DNA of 59,196 nucleotides, taken from NCBI GenBank assembly GCA_025057415.1, contig JANWXI010000004.1:1-59196 (forward strand), given 5' to 3'. Of the stretch, positions 40,071 to 50,531 are shown in pieces (position 1 is the first letter of the stretch; the number at the start of each line of letters is the position of its first letter). Both the position numbers and the translations under genes were made by a program. Source of the stretch: Chitinophagales bacterium. GTDB taxonomy: Bacteria; Bacteroidota; Bacteroidia; Chitinophagales; LD1. The notes below the pieces were generated by a model, which was given only the letters and a program-made list of their open reading frames with translations, did no database searches and was not told the DNA's origin.

Positions 40071-40892
40071 ATGTACACACTCTTACAAGGCAAGCGCGGC
40101 ATCATCTTTGGCGCTTTAGATGAAAATTCAATAGCATGGAAAGTGGCTTTAAAAGCCAAAGAACACGGGGCAAAATTTACGCTTACCAACGCGCCGGTGG
40201 CGCTTAGGTTAGGCGCTGTGAATGCGCTTGCCGAACAATGTAGTACGGTGGTAATTCCGGCAGATGCCACCTTGGTAGATGACCTGGAGAAACTTATTCA
40301 GCAAAGTGTACACCATTTAGGCGGTAAACTTGATTTTGTACTGCACTCCATCGGCATGAGCCCTAACGTACGCAAAGGCAGGCATTACACAGACCTCAAT
40401 TATGAGTGGTACCAAAAAACGCTGGATATATCTGCCATATCGCTTCACAAGTTACTCCAAACACTCCGCAAGCACGATGCGATGAACGAATGGGGCAGCA
40501 TTGTCACGCTCACGTACATTGCCGCGCAGCGCGCTTTTCCCGGATATGGCGATATGGCCGATGCCAAAGCCATGTTAGAGAGTATTGTGCGTTCGTTTGG
40601 TTACTACTATGGTGTAGAAAAGAAGGTGCGCATCAACAGCGTATCGCAGTCGCCTACCAAAACTACGGCAGGCACGGGCATCAAAGGGTTCAACGAGTTT
40701 TTTGAATTTGCCCAAAGTATGAGTCCGCTTGGCAACGCCCCTGCTGATGACTGTGCCAATTACTGTATTGCGCTGTTCAGCGACCTGACCCGGTATGTGA
40801 CCATGCAGAACCTTTACCATGACGGAGGTTTCAGTAGCATGGGTGTGAGCGAGTTGCTCATGCAAAAACTCACCGGTGCATCTGATAATTGA
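40071..40892 (+). CDS. fabI: Enoyl-ACP reductase
   Basis: GKRGIIFGALDENSIAW, HSIGMS, Y..M..AK motif, NLYHDGGFS (Bacteroidota type). Confidence 0.93.
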   Translation: MYTLLQGKRGIIFGALDENSIAWKVALKAKEHGAKFTLTNAPVALRLGAVNALAEQCSTVVIPADATLVDDLEKLIQQSVHHLGGKLDFVLHSIGMSPNVRKGRHYTDLNYEWYQKTLDISAISLHKLLQTLRKHDAMNEWGSIVTLTYIAAQRAFPGYGDMADAKAMLESIVRSFGYYYGVEKKVRINSVSQSPTKTTAGTGIKGFNEFFEFAQSMSPLGNAPADDCANYCIALFSDLTRYVTMQNLYHDGGFSSMGVSELLMQKLTGASDN

Positions 40893-40921
40893 TTTAAAAT
40901 AACGTATAAACGGTTACATCC

Positions 40922-41908
40922 ATGGAATACAGACGCCTGGGGAAATCGGGTTTACAGGTAAGCGCACTCTCGCTCGGTAGTTGGGTTACGTTTGGCAATC
41001 AAATCAGCGATGATGTGGCAAAGCAACTGATGGTGGCTGCGTATGAGGCAGGAGTCAATTTTTTTGACAATGCCGAAGTGTATGCGTATGGACGGAGCGA
41101 AATTGTAATGGGGAACATATTGCGCAAAATGAATTGGGACAGGGATACGTGGCTTGTTTCGTCAAAAGTTTATTGGGGGCGTTGCCAGAATCCGCGCCCT
41201 AATCAAAAAGGGCTGATGCGCAAACACATCGTAGAGGCATGTAACGCTGCACTGCAGCGCCTGCAGGTAGATTACCTGGATATTTACTTTGCTCACCGCC
41301 CCGATGTAAACACGCCCATGGAGGAAGTGGTGTGGAGTTTTCATAACCTGATATTACAAGGCAAAATACTGTATTGGGGCACCAGCGAGTGGACAGCTCA
41401 ACAAATCACAGAGGCGCACTTGATAGCCGAAAAGCATCACCTCATAGGACCGGTAGCCGAGCAAAATCAATACAACATGCTCCACCGCAAAATGATGGAG
41501 CGCGATTACCTGCCGTTATTTCAGCGTTTCGGTATGGGCACCACGATATGGAGCCCGCTTGCATCGGGGTTACTCACCGACAAATACTTTGACGGAACCC
41601 TGAACGAAAAAACCCGCATGGACATGATGCAATGGCTGCGCGACAGGTCGTTGGGCGATGCCGAAAAGATGGACAAGGCGCGTAAACTGCACCAACTTGC
41701 CAAGTCACTCGGTATTCCGCTCGCTCAATTGGCATTGGCATGGTGCCTGAAAAATCCCAACGTTTCTACTGTAATTTTAGGCGCCAGTAAACTCTCGCAG
41801 CTACAGGAAAATCTCAAATGTTTTGACGCGCTGCCTCTTTTAACCGATGACGTGATGGAGCAGATAGAGAGCATCCTTCAAAATAAACCCTCATTGCCTG
41901 TTTACTGA
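40922..41908 (+). CDS. Aldo/keto reductase (Kv-beta-like)
   Basis: MEYRRLGKSGLQVS, FFDNAEVY, YWGTSEW, WSPLASG. Confidence 0.95.
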   Translation: MEYRRLGKSGLQVSALSLGSWVTFGNQISDDVAKQLMVAAYEAGVNFFDNAEVYAYGRSEIVMGNILRKMNWDRDTWLVSSKVYWGRCQNPRPNQKGLMRKHIVEACNAALQRLQVDYLDIYFAHRPDVNTPMEEVVWSFHNLILQGKILYWGTSEWTAQQITEAHLIAEKHHLIGPVAEQNQYNMLHRKMMERDYLPLFQRFGMGTTIWSPLASGLLTDKYFDGTLNEKTRMDMMQWLRDRSLGDAEKMDKARKLHQLAKSLGIPLAQLALAWCLKNPNVSTVILGASKLSQLQENLKCFDALPLLTDDVMEQIESILQNKPSLPVY

Positions 41909-42075
41909 GTTTTGCCTGTACATCAGGTTTTATAGTTTACGGTACATGGTGATAAACAGACGAGCCGATGAATCAACAAAGCATATCATCTTTCAGCATT
42001 TAGACGAATCATTGCTTGAAAAGGTGAATTGGTAATTTCAAAAACTTTGTATTGGTTTGATGTAAACACAATCGC

Positions 42076-43419
42076 ATGGAACGACTCACCGGCATATTCG
42101 GTATGTTATTCATCATTTTCCTGGCATGGTTGTTATCTAACAATAAGCGAAATGTGAACTGGCGGTTGGTGGGGGTGGGGCTTACGTTGCAGTTGCTTTT
42201 CGCCATTCTCATTTTAAAGGGCAACGAATTAGCCGCAGTATTTGCACCCCTTGGCTGGCCGAAAGTATTTTTCAACTTCGTTAGCCGTGCATTTGTTAAG
42301 GTGCTGAGCTTTACCACTCAGGGTGCCACGTTTGTGTTTGGGAAATTAGCCGTTTCGCCCGGGGTGCAGGATTCGCTTGGTTTCTTTTTTGCATTTCAGG
42401 TGTTGCCTTCCATAATTTTTTTCTCTTCGGTGATGTCGGTTTTGTACTATTTAGGCATCATGCAAAAAATAGTACAGGGGATGGCATGGGTCATGTACAA
42501 ACTGATGCGTACAAGCGGGGCAGAGAGCTTATCGTGCACAGCCAACATTTTTGTTGGGCAAACCGAAGCACCCCTGATGATTAAACCATTCGTAAGCACG
42601 ATGACGCAGAGTGAATTACTTGCCATTATGACCGGAGGCATGGCTACCATAGCCGGTGGGGTGATGGCTGCATATATCCAAATGCTGGGCAATGCGTATG
42701 CTGCCTCGCATGGAATACCTCTGCAACTGGCACAGGTGCAATTTGCCGAGCAGTTGCTGGGCGCCAGTTTTATGGCAGCGCCTGCCGCTCTGGTAATTGC
42801 GAAAATCATCTATCCGGAAACCGAAACACCCGTGACCCGCCACGGGGTGAAGGTAGAGGTGGAGCAGACCTCCTCAAACCTCATTGAAGCCGCCGCAGAT
42901 GGTGCATCCGGCGGGTTACAACTGGCGCTAAACGTTGGCGCCATGTTGTTGGCATTTATTGCGTTAATAGCCCTTGCCAACTGGGGATTGGGTAAAGTAG
43001 GAGAGTTGGGTACAATCAACGAGTGGTGTATGCAGCACTTCGGGCAAAAGCTGAGTTTACAATTATTGTTTGGTATCGTTTTACAATATGTGGCGCTGGC
43101 TATTGGCGTGCCGCCATCAGAAGCATTTCATTTCGGGTCATTGCTGGGAACCAAAGTAGTGCTTAACGAATTTGTGGCATACAGCGAATTGTCTTCACTT
43201 ATCTCCAATAAAAGTATTGCGCTCAATAAAACAGTGTTTATGAGCACATTTGCCCTTTGTGGATTTGCCAATCTGAGCAGTATTGCCATTCAGATTGGCG
43301 GGCTAAGTCCATTAGCGCCGGAGCGCAGAGGCGACCTGGCGCGTCTGGGTTTAAGGGCTGTGGCCGGTGGCACCCTTGCTAACCTGATGACTGCCACCAT
43401 CGCAGGCATCCTGCTGTGA
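42076..43419 (+). CDS. NupC-family concentrative nucleoside transporter
   Basis: FAFQVLP, NIFVGQTEAPL, GGMATIAG, KVVLNEFVAY, FALCGFAN.SSI. Confidence 0.95.
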   Translation: MERLTGIFGMLFIIFLAWLLSNNKRNVNWRLVGVGLTLQLLFAILILKGNELAAVFAPLGWPKVFFNFVSRAFVKVLSFTTQGATFVFGKLAVSPGVQDSLGFFFAFQVLPSIIFFSSVMSVLYYLGIMQKIVQGMAWVMYKLMRTSGAESLSCTANIFVGQTEAPLMIKPFVSTMTQSELLAIMTGGMATIAGGVMAAYIQMLGNAYAASHGIPLQLAQVQFAEQLLGASFMAAPAALVIAKIIYPETETPVTRHGVKVEVEQTSSNLIEAAADGASGGLQLALNVGAMLLAFIALIALANWGLGKVGELGTINEWCMQHFGQKLSLQLLFGIVLQYVALAIGVPPSEAFHFGSLLGTKVVLNEFVAYSELSSLISNKSIALNKTVFMSTFALCGFANLSSIAIQIGGLSPLAPERRGDLARLGLRAVAGGTLANLMTATIAGILL

Positions 43420-43523
43420 GTGATTTTACTTTGTCCAGCCCGTATGGGTTGATGGGTTACGCTGTGCCGCTGAGAACGCCAGCGTATTACACAAGCAGTG
43501 TGTAAAGTTTCCTTTCTGTTTTG

Positions 43524-43531
43524 TATATTTG
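43524..43531 (+). promoter_or_regulatory. -7 promoter element TATATTTG upstream of riboswitch
   Basis: Matches TAnnTTTG about 25 bp before the riboswitch P1 stem. Confidence 0.6.
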
Positions 43532-43555
43532 CAGTAGCAGAGTTTTTGACATACG

Positions 43556-43670
43556 CATTTTGTTGCCCGCTATAGGCGGGTTCTTCAGGGGAACCATGTG
43601 CAAATCATGGGCTGTGGCGCAACTGTGAGCCCGCCTGCGGCGGGTAAGCCAGATTACCTGACAAAATGTG
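43556..43670 (+). ncRNA. Cobalamin (B12) riboswitch
   Basis: AGGGGAA-CCATG-TGCAAAT-CATGG T-loop stem, GCTGT-GCGCAACTGTGA, B12 box AAGCCAGATTACCTG; P1-like CATTTTGT/ACAAAATG. Confidence 0.85.
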
Positions 43671-43883
43671 CTGTTGCAATGCCTTCGCTCTAAAGGCTAA
43701 GCACAACCATACCCCTTTTCTTACAGGGGCTGTTTTGTTGTTGCTGCCTTTGAGCGGCAAATACAACAAAACAGAGTAAATGAACCATCACATATTTACT
43801 TGCTTTTTGCTCTCCGGTTACCCCCACGTTACGCGGAGCGGTTTCCTGCCGGAGTATTGCTTTTCAACCCAATATCCTGCGCC

Positions 43884-44282
43884 ATGAAACATGAAATAAA
43901 AACATGCCCGCGTTGCGGAAATGTATTTGAATGTAAAGTGGGCGATATCGCCAACTGTCAGTGCAACATACCGTTGAGCGACAGAACAAAGAAATTTTTG
44001 GCTGGCACTTACTACGATTGCCTTTGCGCTTCATGCCTGTTACACTTTGAAAAACTCAACGCGATTGCTTCTAAACAAACGTTTCCTGTGCAGAGCGAAC
44101 TGCTGATTGAAGGACTACACTACTACAGGGAGAACGGTTGTGTGGTCTTTACCGAACTATATCATTTGCTCAGGGGGTTTTGTTGCAACAGTGGATGCAG
44201 ACATTGTGTATATGGATACAAAAACCGCTCTACATCCAACTCTCCCGCTATAACCCTAACAAATACAAATATAAAAAACTGA
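43884..44282 (+). CDS. Cysteine-rich CWC-like domain fused to DUF5522-like domain
   Basis: CPRCGNVFEC...CQC...CLCASCL, then YYRENG..VFTE.YHLLRGFCCNSGCRHCVYG. Start set at MKHEIK. Confidence 0.8.
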   Translation: MKHEIKTCPRCGNVFECKVGDIANCQCNIPLSDRTKKFLAGTYYDCLCASCLLHFEKLNAIASKQTFPVQSELLIEGLHYYRENGCVVFTELYHLLRGFCCNSGCRHCVYGYKNRSTSNSPAITLTNTNIKN

Positions 44283-44286
44283 ATAT

Positions 44287-44856
44287 ATGTATAGGAGAAA
44301 TTTACAGCCAATCATGGCTTTGGATGTTTACCTTTCGGCATTACCCGTAGAAGAAGCACGCAAATTGTCGAAAGGCATCGGGGCAGCGCGTTTGCCCCGC
44401 TATCCTTTACTGTGTGCCGATGTAATCAGTTGTTATGGCGCTATGGCAATTCCGCCACATTTATATCAGGATTTAACTGCGCTGAAAAATTTATCTGTGA
44501 AATACAACTGGAACTGTAATTTCAGTTTTGTTTTGCGAAATGATTATGAGGCCATCGTAGTCACAGATACATTGCGTCAAATTATCTGGGTTAGCAGAGG
44601 TTTTAAAAAGATGACGGGCTACGACCCGGAGTACGCTATCGGGAAAAAGCCGGTTTTTCTGCAAGGACCCGAGACATCTCAGGCGGTTATCGCTTCCATC
44701 CGCCAAAAACTGCTTCGCGGTGAACCCTTCAGTGAAGTAATAGTGAATTACCGTAAAGACAAATCACCTTATCGCTGTGCGCTGCGCATATATCCGATTT
44801 GTGACTATGAAAAGCGCCCGGTTGCATTTATTGCTTTGGAAAAGCAAGTTGCTTGA
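44287..44856 (+). CDS. Stand-alone PAS domain protein, LOV-like but lacking the photoactive Cys
   Basis: F..MTGY....IGKKPVFLQGPET...NYRKD versus LOV consensus GxNCRFLQG...NYRKDG. Confidence 0.85.
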   Translation: MYRRNLQPIMALDVYLSALPVEEARKLSKGIGAARLPRYPLLCADVISCYGAMAIPPHLYQDLTALKNLSVKYNWNCNFSFVLRNDYEAIVVTDTLRQIIWVSRGFKKMTGYDPEYAIGKKPVFLQGPETSQAVIASIRQKLLRGEPFSEVIVNYRKDKSPYRCALRIYPICDYEKRPVAFIALEKQVA

Positions 44857-44868
44857 TGCTTAAAACGT

Positions 44869-45843
44869 ATGAATAAGAATTACCATATAATCCTATCTGC
44901 GCTATTATTCACCGCGCACTTACACGCTCAGTTTCCCGGTCCGGTGGGTACTCCGGGTTCCACCGCTATTTACAAAGACAGCCCCATATTCATAGCATGG
45001 GCTACTGCATGCTCAGTGGTGAGGGGGTATCAAAACATTGCCGACCCCACACTCGGCTTCACATCGCATGGCGACTCCTCACAAGCTACCGGAATAGCCG
45101 ATGGCACCGGGGTGGTAAGTTTGGGCGATGGCGGTTACGCTATTCTGACTTTTGCCAAGCCCATTACCAACGGACCGGGTTTTGATTTTGCTGTGTTTGA
45201 AAATGCTTTCAACGACCAGTTTCTGGAGCTTGCGTTTGTTGAAGTAAGCAGTGATGGCATAAATTTTTTCCGCTTTCCTGCCACTTCACATACTCCCACA
45301 TCATCGCAAGTGGGCCCTTTCAGTAACACGGGCGATGCGACAAAACTCAACAACCTGGCCGGCAAGTATCGCGTACTTTACGGCACCCCATTCGATTTGC
45401 AGGAACTTGACACAGTTGTCGGCTTGAACATCAACTTTATTACGCATGTAAAAATCATAGATGTAGTTGGCAGTATAGACCCCCAGTACGCCACTTACGA
45501 CCACTGGGGTAACGCAATAAACGACCCCTTCCCTACGGCATTTGCCACCGGAGGTTTTGACTTAGACGCCGTAGGCGTGATACACGAACTGTCTACGGTA
45601 TCATTGGATGATATAGACAGACATGAACCGAAACTGTATCCCAATCCGGCACCCTCTTTACAGGATGTGAACTTTGCCCTATTCCCCTATGGCGCCCGCA
45701 TCCATATCAGCGATATTAACGGTAGGGAGATTTGTCATTTCAGGCGCGATGAGAAGGGAGATTGTGTTATTGAAAGCGGCACATATCTGGTAACTATACA
45801 AACCGAGACAGACCGCAAGCTTTACAAACTCCTGATTTATTGA
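44869..45843 (+). CDS. T9SS type-A cell-surface protein
   Basis: Signal peptide; VVSLGDGG, DFAVFENAF, ELAFVEVSSDG, GFDLDAVG; C-terminal LYPNPA...GTYLV. Confidence 0.85.
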   Translation: MNKNYHIILSALLFTAHLHAQFPGPVGTPGSTAIYKDSPIFIAWATACSVVRGYQNIADPTLGFTSHGDSSQATGIADGTGVVSLGDGGYAILTFAKPITNGPGFDFAVFENAFNDQFLELAFVEVSSDGINFFRFPATSHTPTSSQVGPFSNTGDATKLNNLAGKYRVLYGTPFDLQELDTVVGLNINFITHVKIIDVVGSIDPQYATYDHWGNAINDPFPTAFATGGFDLDAVGVIHELSTVSLDDIDRHEPKLYPNPAPSLQDVNFALFPYGARIHISDINGREICHFRRDEKGDCVIESGTYLVTIQTETDRKLYKLLIY

Positions 45844-45896
45844 TGGAGATTTACGTACCTCACTTTAAATAGCTGAATACACCATAACCAATTTAA

Positions 45897-46598
45897 ATGA
45901 ATGTACCCCATAAAACTGTTATGCACTGGAGCAGTGGTAAGGACTCGGCATTAGCCCTCTATTACCTGATGCGCGATTCGAAGTATAGTGTAGAATACCT
46001 CCTCACGGGCATAAATGCGCATCATCATAGGGTGAGTATGCACGGCCTGCGCGTAGAGTTACTGTATGAACAACTGCATGCCATTGGTATCAGAAACGGG
46101 GTGGTGTTGCTACCCGGCCAGCCTGACAACAAGACGTATGAAACGCTGATGCGCCGCAAAACATTACAACTGGCAAGGGAGGGTTTCACACATGCGGGGT
46201 TTGGGGATATTTATCTGAGCGATTTACGGCAATACCGCGAGCAACTGTACAATCCTCTTCACGTGCAATGTGTATTTCCGCTTTGGCACAAGAGTACTTC
46301 ACAACTCATACAGGAGTTTTTGAATTTTGGGTTTAAAGCCATTACGGTGAGTGTGAATGCATCCTTGTTGGATGAGACCTTCGTGGGGCGCCTGGTAGAT
46401 GAGGATTTTATCAAAGACCTGCCACCCAGCATTGACCCTTGTGGTGAAAACGGAGAATTTCACACCTTCTGCTATGATGGGCCGTATTTCAAACACCCGG
46501 TAAAATTTACCGTAGGTGAAAAGGTGCTCAAAGAATACAGCAACGGAACCGAAAGCAGCTCCTTTTGGTTTTGTGACCTGATACCTGCGTCGGACTAA
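45897..46598 (+). CDS. PP-loop ATP-binding protein, diphthine-ammonia ligase (Dph6)-like family
   Basis: WSSGKDSALA, FGDI, DPCGENGEFHTF. Confidence 0.9.
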   Translation: MNVPHKTVMHWSSGKDSALALYYLMRDSKYSVEYLLTGINAHHHRVSMHGLRVELLYEQLHAIGIRNGVVLLPGQPDNKTYETLMRRKTLQLAREGFTHAGFGDIYLSDLRQYREQLYNPLHVQCVFPLWHKSTSQLIQEFLNFGFKAITVSVNASLLDETFVGRLVDEDFIKDLPPSIDPCGENGEFHTFCYDGPYFKHPVKFTVGEKVLKEYSNGTESSSFWFCDLIPASD

Positions 46599-47686
46599 GG
46601 TATCTGCGCAGCATATACGCCAACCGGAACGTGGTAGAGCCAGCCGTATAAATCTTCGGCTTTACCTGATTTGATGGCTATCAATCTTTGGCGCAGTTTG
46701 TTAGAAACATCGCGAAGCTCTACCGGAGGCAATTCATATACTTCGCCTTTGTAGAAAAATTCACCGATGTGCGACAGCACGGCGGCGGTGCCGGTACCGA
46801 ACATATCGTCTAACTTACCCTGGTTGTGAGCATCAATCACCTCGTCAATCGAAATGTCGCGTTCTTGCACCACGTATCCTTCTTCCTGCGCCAGGGTAAT
46901 AATACTATCGCGGGTTACTCCGTGGAGGATAGTGCCTTCGTGCAGCGAAGGGGTGATGATGATGCCGTCAATGATTACGAAAATATTCATGGTGCCTATT
47001 TCCTGCAGGTAGCGGTGGTGGATACCGTCCAGCCACAGGATTTGGTCATAGCCCAGCTTCTTTATTTCGCGCAGGGGCATCATGGCAGCTGCATAATTCC
47101 CCGCGCACTTAGCGTATCCGGTGCCACCCGGAAAAGCCCGCACGTACTTGTCATGCACATACACCCGTACCGGATGATGATAGTATTTGCCCACCGGACT
47201 GGTGAACACGCAAAAGATGAACCGCTCGGCAGGTTTTATACCCACTATCTCTTCAGCGGCAAACATGAAAGGGCGTATGTAAAGTGATGAATCAGGCGAG
47301 GTGGGTATCCAGTCGCGGTCTATGGTGAGTAGATGGTCAATGGCGCCCATGAAAATTTCTTCGGGTACTTGAGGCATGGCCATACGCTCGGCTGATAGGT
47401 TGAAACGCTCAAAGTTCTTTTGGGGACGAAAAACGATGGGTACACCCTCATTGTTTTTTTCGGCTTTGATGCCTTCAAATATGGCTTGCCCGTAGTGTAA
47501 AGCCGAAAGCGCCGGATGGATGGAAATGTTGCCGAAGGGTACCACCCGGCAATTGTCCCAGTCACCGTTTTCGTATTCTGCAATAAACATGTGGTCAGAG
47601 AAAATAGACCCGAAAGGCAGGTTGCTGAAATCTACATTGCCGATGCGTGAACGTTTAGTACGTTCAATGTGTATTTTGTACCCCAT
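46595..47686 (-). CDS. ilvE: Branched-chain amino acid aminotransferase
   Basis: LHYGQAIFEGIKA, SLYIRPF, AKCAGNYA, EIGTMN, ILHGVTRDS, GTGTAA. Confidence 0.96.
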   Translation of the reverse strand: MGYKIHIERTKRSRIGNVDFSNLPFGSIFSDHMFIAEYENGDWDNCRVVPFGNISIHPALSALHYGQAIFEGIKAEKNNEGVPIVFRPQKNFERFNLSAERMAMPQVPEEIFMGAIDHLLTIDRDWIPTSPDSSLYIRPFMFAAEEIVGIKPAERFIFCVFTSPVGKYYHHPVRVYVHDKYVRAFPGGTGYAKCAGNYAAAMMPLREIKKLGYDQILWLDGIHHRYLQEIGTMNIFVIIDGIIITPSLHEGTILHGVTRDSIITLAQEEGYVVQERDISIDEVIDAHNQGKLDDMFGTGTAAVLSHIGEFFYKGEVYELPPVELRDVSNKLRQRLIAIKSGKAEDLYGWLYHVPVGVYAAQIP

Positions 47687-47985
47687 GTCTTTTGTTTAGT
47701 GTGTGTGCCAAAGTTAGGAATATTTTACCGGTTTTAACGGAATAGTATTCCACATTCAGGCACAACTTATTACAAAGCTAATCCTACATCTGGTCAAAGC
47801 AAGGCGAGTGGTGTTTTTTAAAGAATTTGTAATGTTTCAGCAACCATTGGTAAATGACCGGCGCTATAGCCGCTTATATTTACGCGAGTGTGTTTTACAG
47901 GCAAATAGGGGAGTAAGTTTTATTTTTAGATGTAAGAGGAGTTTTTTAACCGGCGTATCGTTAGTAAAGTAGGAATCTGAGGTTG

Positions 47986-48023
47986 AAAAATGTTGCGCCC
48001 CGACCTTTGGTCGGGGCGCAACA
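47986..48023 (-). terminator. Intrinsic terminator after rplX
   Basis: 15-bp stem TGTTGCGCCCCGACC/GGTCGGGGCGCAACA followed on the minus strand by TTTTT. Confidence 0.85.
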
Positions 48024-48054
48024 AGTTATTGTTTATGAAAATGTGAATGTACCG

Positions 48055-48363
48055 TTAATCAATGGTCTTTTGCGTTTTTTTAGAGTAGCGCACCCTTTTG
48101 CCATTTTCAATGCGGCGGCCTACACGGGTAGGTTTACCGTCTGACATCAGCGCTACGTTAGAAATATGGATGCCACCGGGAACTTTAATGATGCCTCCCT
48201 GAGGATTTTTGGGACTGGGCTTTGTGTGTTTTGTTTTCAGGTTTATTCCCTCTACGTATACACGCATGTTCTTCCGGTCAATGTCAATTACTCTGCCTGT
48301 TTTGCCTTTGAATTCACCGGTAAGGATGTACACTGTGTCGTTTTTTTTGATGTGAAGTTTCAT
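48055..48363 (-). CDS. rplX: 50S ribosomal protein L24
   Basis: [29 protein letters not shown]. Confidence 0.97.
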   Translation of the reverse strand: MKLHIKKNDTVYILTGEFKGKTGRVIDIDRKNMRVYVEGINLKTKHTKPSPKNPQGGIIKVPGGIHISNVALMSDGKPTRVGRRIENGKRVRYSKKTQKTID

Positions 48364-48392
48364 GTTTTGTATTTTGAGAGGTTAACCATGTT

Positions 48393-48761
48393 TTAAAGCA
48401 CCTCAGGAGCAAGTGAAATGATTTTCATAAATTGCTTGTCGCGCAGCTCGCGGGCTACAGGGCCAAAGATGCGCGTACCGCGCGGCTCGTCCTGGTTGTT
48501 GAGCAATACCACAGCATTGTCATCAAAACGAATGTAAGAGCCGTCTTTGCGGCGGAAGGGTCGAGTGGTACGCACCACCACGGCTCTGGAAATTGATTTC
48601 TTTTTGATGCCTCCGGTGGGGAGTGCTTTTTTTACGGTAACCACCACCTTGTCACCTATGGCTGCATATCTTCTGCGCGTACCGCCCAGTACGCGAATGA
48701 TGAGCACTTCCTTGGCGCCACTGTTATCAGCCACATTTACTCTAGATTCCTGTTGCAACAT
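48393..48761 (-). CDS. rplN: 50S ribosomal protein L14
   Basis: [38 protein letters not shown]. Confidence 0.99.
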   Translation of the reverse strand: MLQQESRVNVADNSGAKEVLIIRVLGGTRRRYAAIGDKVVVTVKKALPTGGIKKKSISRAVVVRTTRPFRRKDGSYIRFDDNAVVLLNNQDEPRGTRIFGPVARELRDKQFMKIISLAPEVL

Positions 48762-48796
48762 AATGTTACGTTTTTAAAAGCGTTGTGGTAAAAAAA

Positions 48797-49051
48797 TCAT
48801 TTGGCTCTCTCAATAATTTCCACCAATCGCCAGCGCTTGGTTTTGCTGAGCGGACGGGTTTCGGCTATACGCACTATGTCGCCAACTTTGGCTTCGTTTT
48901 TCTCGTCATGAGCTTTGAAGCTTTTGGTTTGCTTCATGTACTTGCCATAAATAGGGTGCTGCACCTTTCTTTCAATAGAGACAGTGATGGTTTTATCCAT
49001 CTTATCGCTTGTAACGATGCCGATACGTTCTTTTCTGAGTTTTCTTTCCAT
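48797..49051 (-). CDS. rpsQ: 30S ribosomal protein S17
   Basis: [27 protein letters not shown]. Confidence 0.99.
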   Translation of the reverse strand: MERKLRKERIGIVTSDKMDKTITVSIERKVQHPIYGKYMKQTKSFKAHDEKNEAKVGDIVRIAETRPLSKTKRWRLVEIIERAK

Positions 49052-49057
49052 AGTAAG

Positions 49058-49276
49058 CTATGCTTTGTTTTCCTTTTTGCGTTTGTTAAGCTCTGTGAGC
49101 ATCCGGGCTATGTTTCTGCGTTTGGTGCGTATAGCCAGGGGGTTATCGAGCGGGGTTACAGAATGGTTGAATACCATTCTCCGCAGTTCCTCGCGTTCGC
49201 TCTTAATTTTGGCGATGAGGTCTTCTGTTACAAACTGCTGAATGTCCTTCTGGTTAAGTTTTTTATTAACACCCAT
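49058..49276 (-). CDS. rpmC: 50S ribosomal protein L29
   Basis: LDNPLAIR..RRNIAR.LTEL; lies between rplP and rpsQ. Start 49276 or 49285. Confidence 0.92.
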   Translation of the reverse strand: MGVNKKLNQKDIQQFVTEDLIAKIKSEREELRRMVFNHSVTPLDNPLAIRTKRRNIARMLTELNKRKKENKA

Positions 49277-49295
49277 GATTGACAAGTTTTATAAC

Positions 49296-49718
49296 TTAAG
49301 CGCCAATAGCATCCCTGCGGGTTATAAATTTGGTTTTCACCGAAAGTTTGTGCGCCGCCAGCATCATGGCTTCGTGAGCAACCTCGCGGCTCACCCCGTC
49401 CACTTCAAACAATATACGGCCTGCTTCTACCATAGCTTCCCAACCTTCGGGGTTTCCTTTACCTTTCCCCATGCGCACCTCAAGCGGTTTGCGGGTAATG
49501 GGCTTGTCAGGAAATATCCGTATCCACACTTTTCCCTCGCGCTTCATAAAGCGGGTAAATGCCACCCGTGCGGCCTCTATCTGCTTGTTGCTGATTCGCC
49601 CGCTCTCAATGGCTTTAAGTCCGTAAGTGCCAAAAGCAATCTCAGCGCCGCGGTAGGTTTTATCGGCTACGCGCCCCTTTTGGGTCTTGCGCCATCTGGT
49701 ACGTTTAGGGAGTAACAT
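49296..49718 (-). CDS. rplP: 50S ribosomal protein L16
   Basis: [28 protein letters not shown]. Confidence 0.99.
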   Translation of the reverse strand: MLLPKRTRWRKTQKGRVADKTYRGAEIAFGTYGLKAIESGRISNKQIEAARVAFTRFMKREGKVWIRIFPDKPITRKPLEVRMGKGKGNPEGWEAMVEAGRILFEVDGVSREVAHEAMMLAAHKLSVKTKFITRRDAIGA

Positions 49719-49755
49719 GGTATGTGCGTTAGCTTATCGTTTGGTTTTACAAAAT

Positions 49756-50472
49756 TTACTTCTCTTTACGGTTGCGCGGAATTCTGCCTTTGGGCCTTAT
49801 CTTTTCGGGCTTGTCCTCACCGGCAAAAGCGCCCGTAAGGTCGCGCTTACCATATACCTCACCGCGGCAAATCCACACTTTAATCCCAAGTTTGCCATAC
49901 ACTGTGAGGGCTTCTGCTAAACTGTAATCAATATCAGCACGCCAGGTGTGCAAGGGTACCCGCCCCTGCTTGTATTCTTCCGAGCGCGCCATATCCGCGC
50001 CGCCTATCCTGCCTCCGATGCGTATTTTGATGCCCTCTGCACCCATGCGCATAGCCGAGGCAATCGCCATCTTAATGGCGCGGCGGTAGTTGATACGGGC
50101 TTCTAACTGTTTGGCGATGGTTTCGCCCACTATTGCCGCCTCCAGCTCGGGCCGGCGGATTTCAACAATGTTTATCTGTACGTCTTTATTGGTCAGCTTC
50201 TTCAATTCTTCTTTAATGCGGTCCACCTCGCTGCCGCTGCGGCCAATAATAATACCCGGTCGGCTGGTGTGAATGGTAACGGTAACGCGCTTAAGCGTAC
50301 GCTCAATTACAATGCGCGATATACCTCCTTTATTAATGCGGATTTTCAGGTACTGGCGAATCTTTTCATCTTCAATTAGCTTTTGGGCTGCATCTTTGCC
50401 CCCAAACCAGTTGCTCTCCCAGCCGCGAATAATGCCGAGGCGATTAGCAATAGGACTTGTCTTCTGACCCAT
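49756..50472 (-). CDS. rpsC: 30S ribosomal protein S3
   Basis: [41 protein letters not shown]. Confidence 0.99.
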   Translation of the reverse strand: MGQKTSPIANRLGIIRGWESNWFGGKDAAQKLIEDEKIRQYLKIRINKGGISRIVIERTLKRVTVTIHTSRPGIIIGRSGSEVDRIKEELKKLTNKDVQINIVEIRRPELEAAIVGETIAKQLEARINYRRAIKMAIASAMRMGAEGIKIRIGGRIGGADMARSEEYKQGRVPLHTWRADIDYSLAEALTVYGKLGIKVWICRGEVYGKRDLTGAFAGEDKPEKIRPKGRIPRNRKEK

Positions 50473-50531
50473 TCAGGCGTATTTTGTGTTTTTTTAATGA
50501 AATATGTACCTATCCTCCTAAAAAAGGAGTG

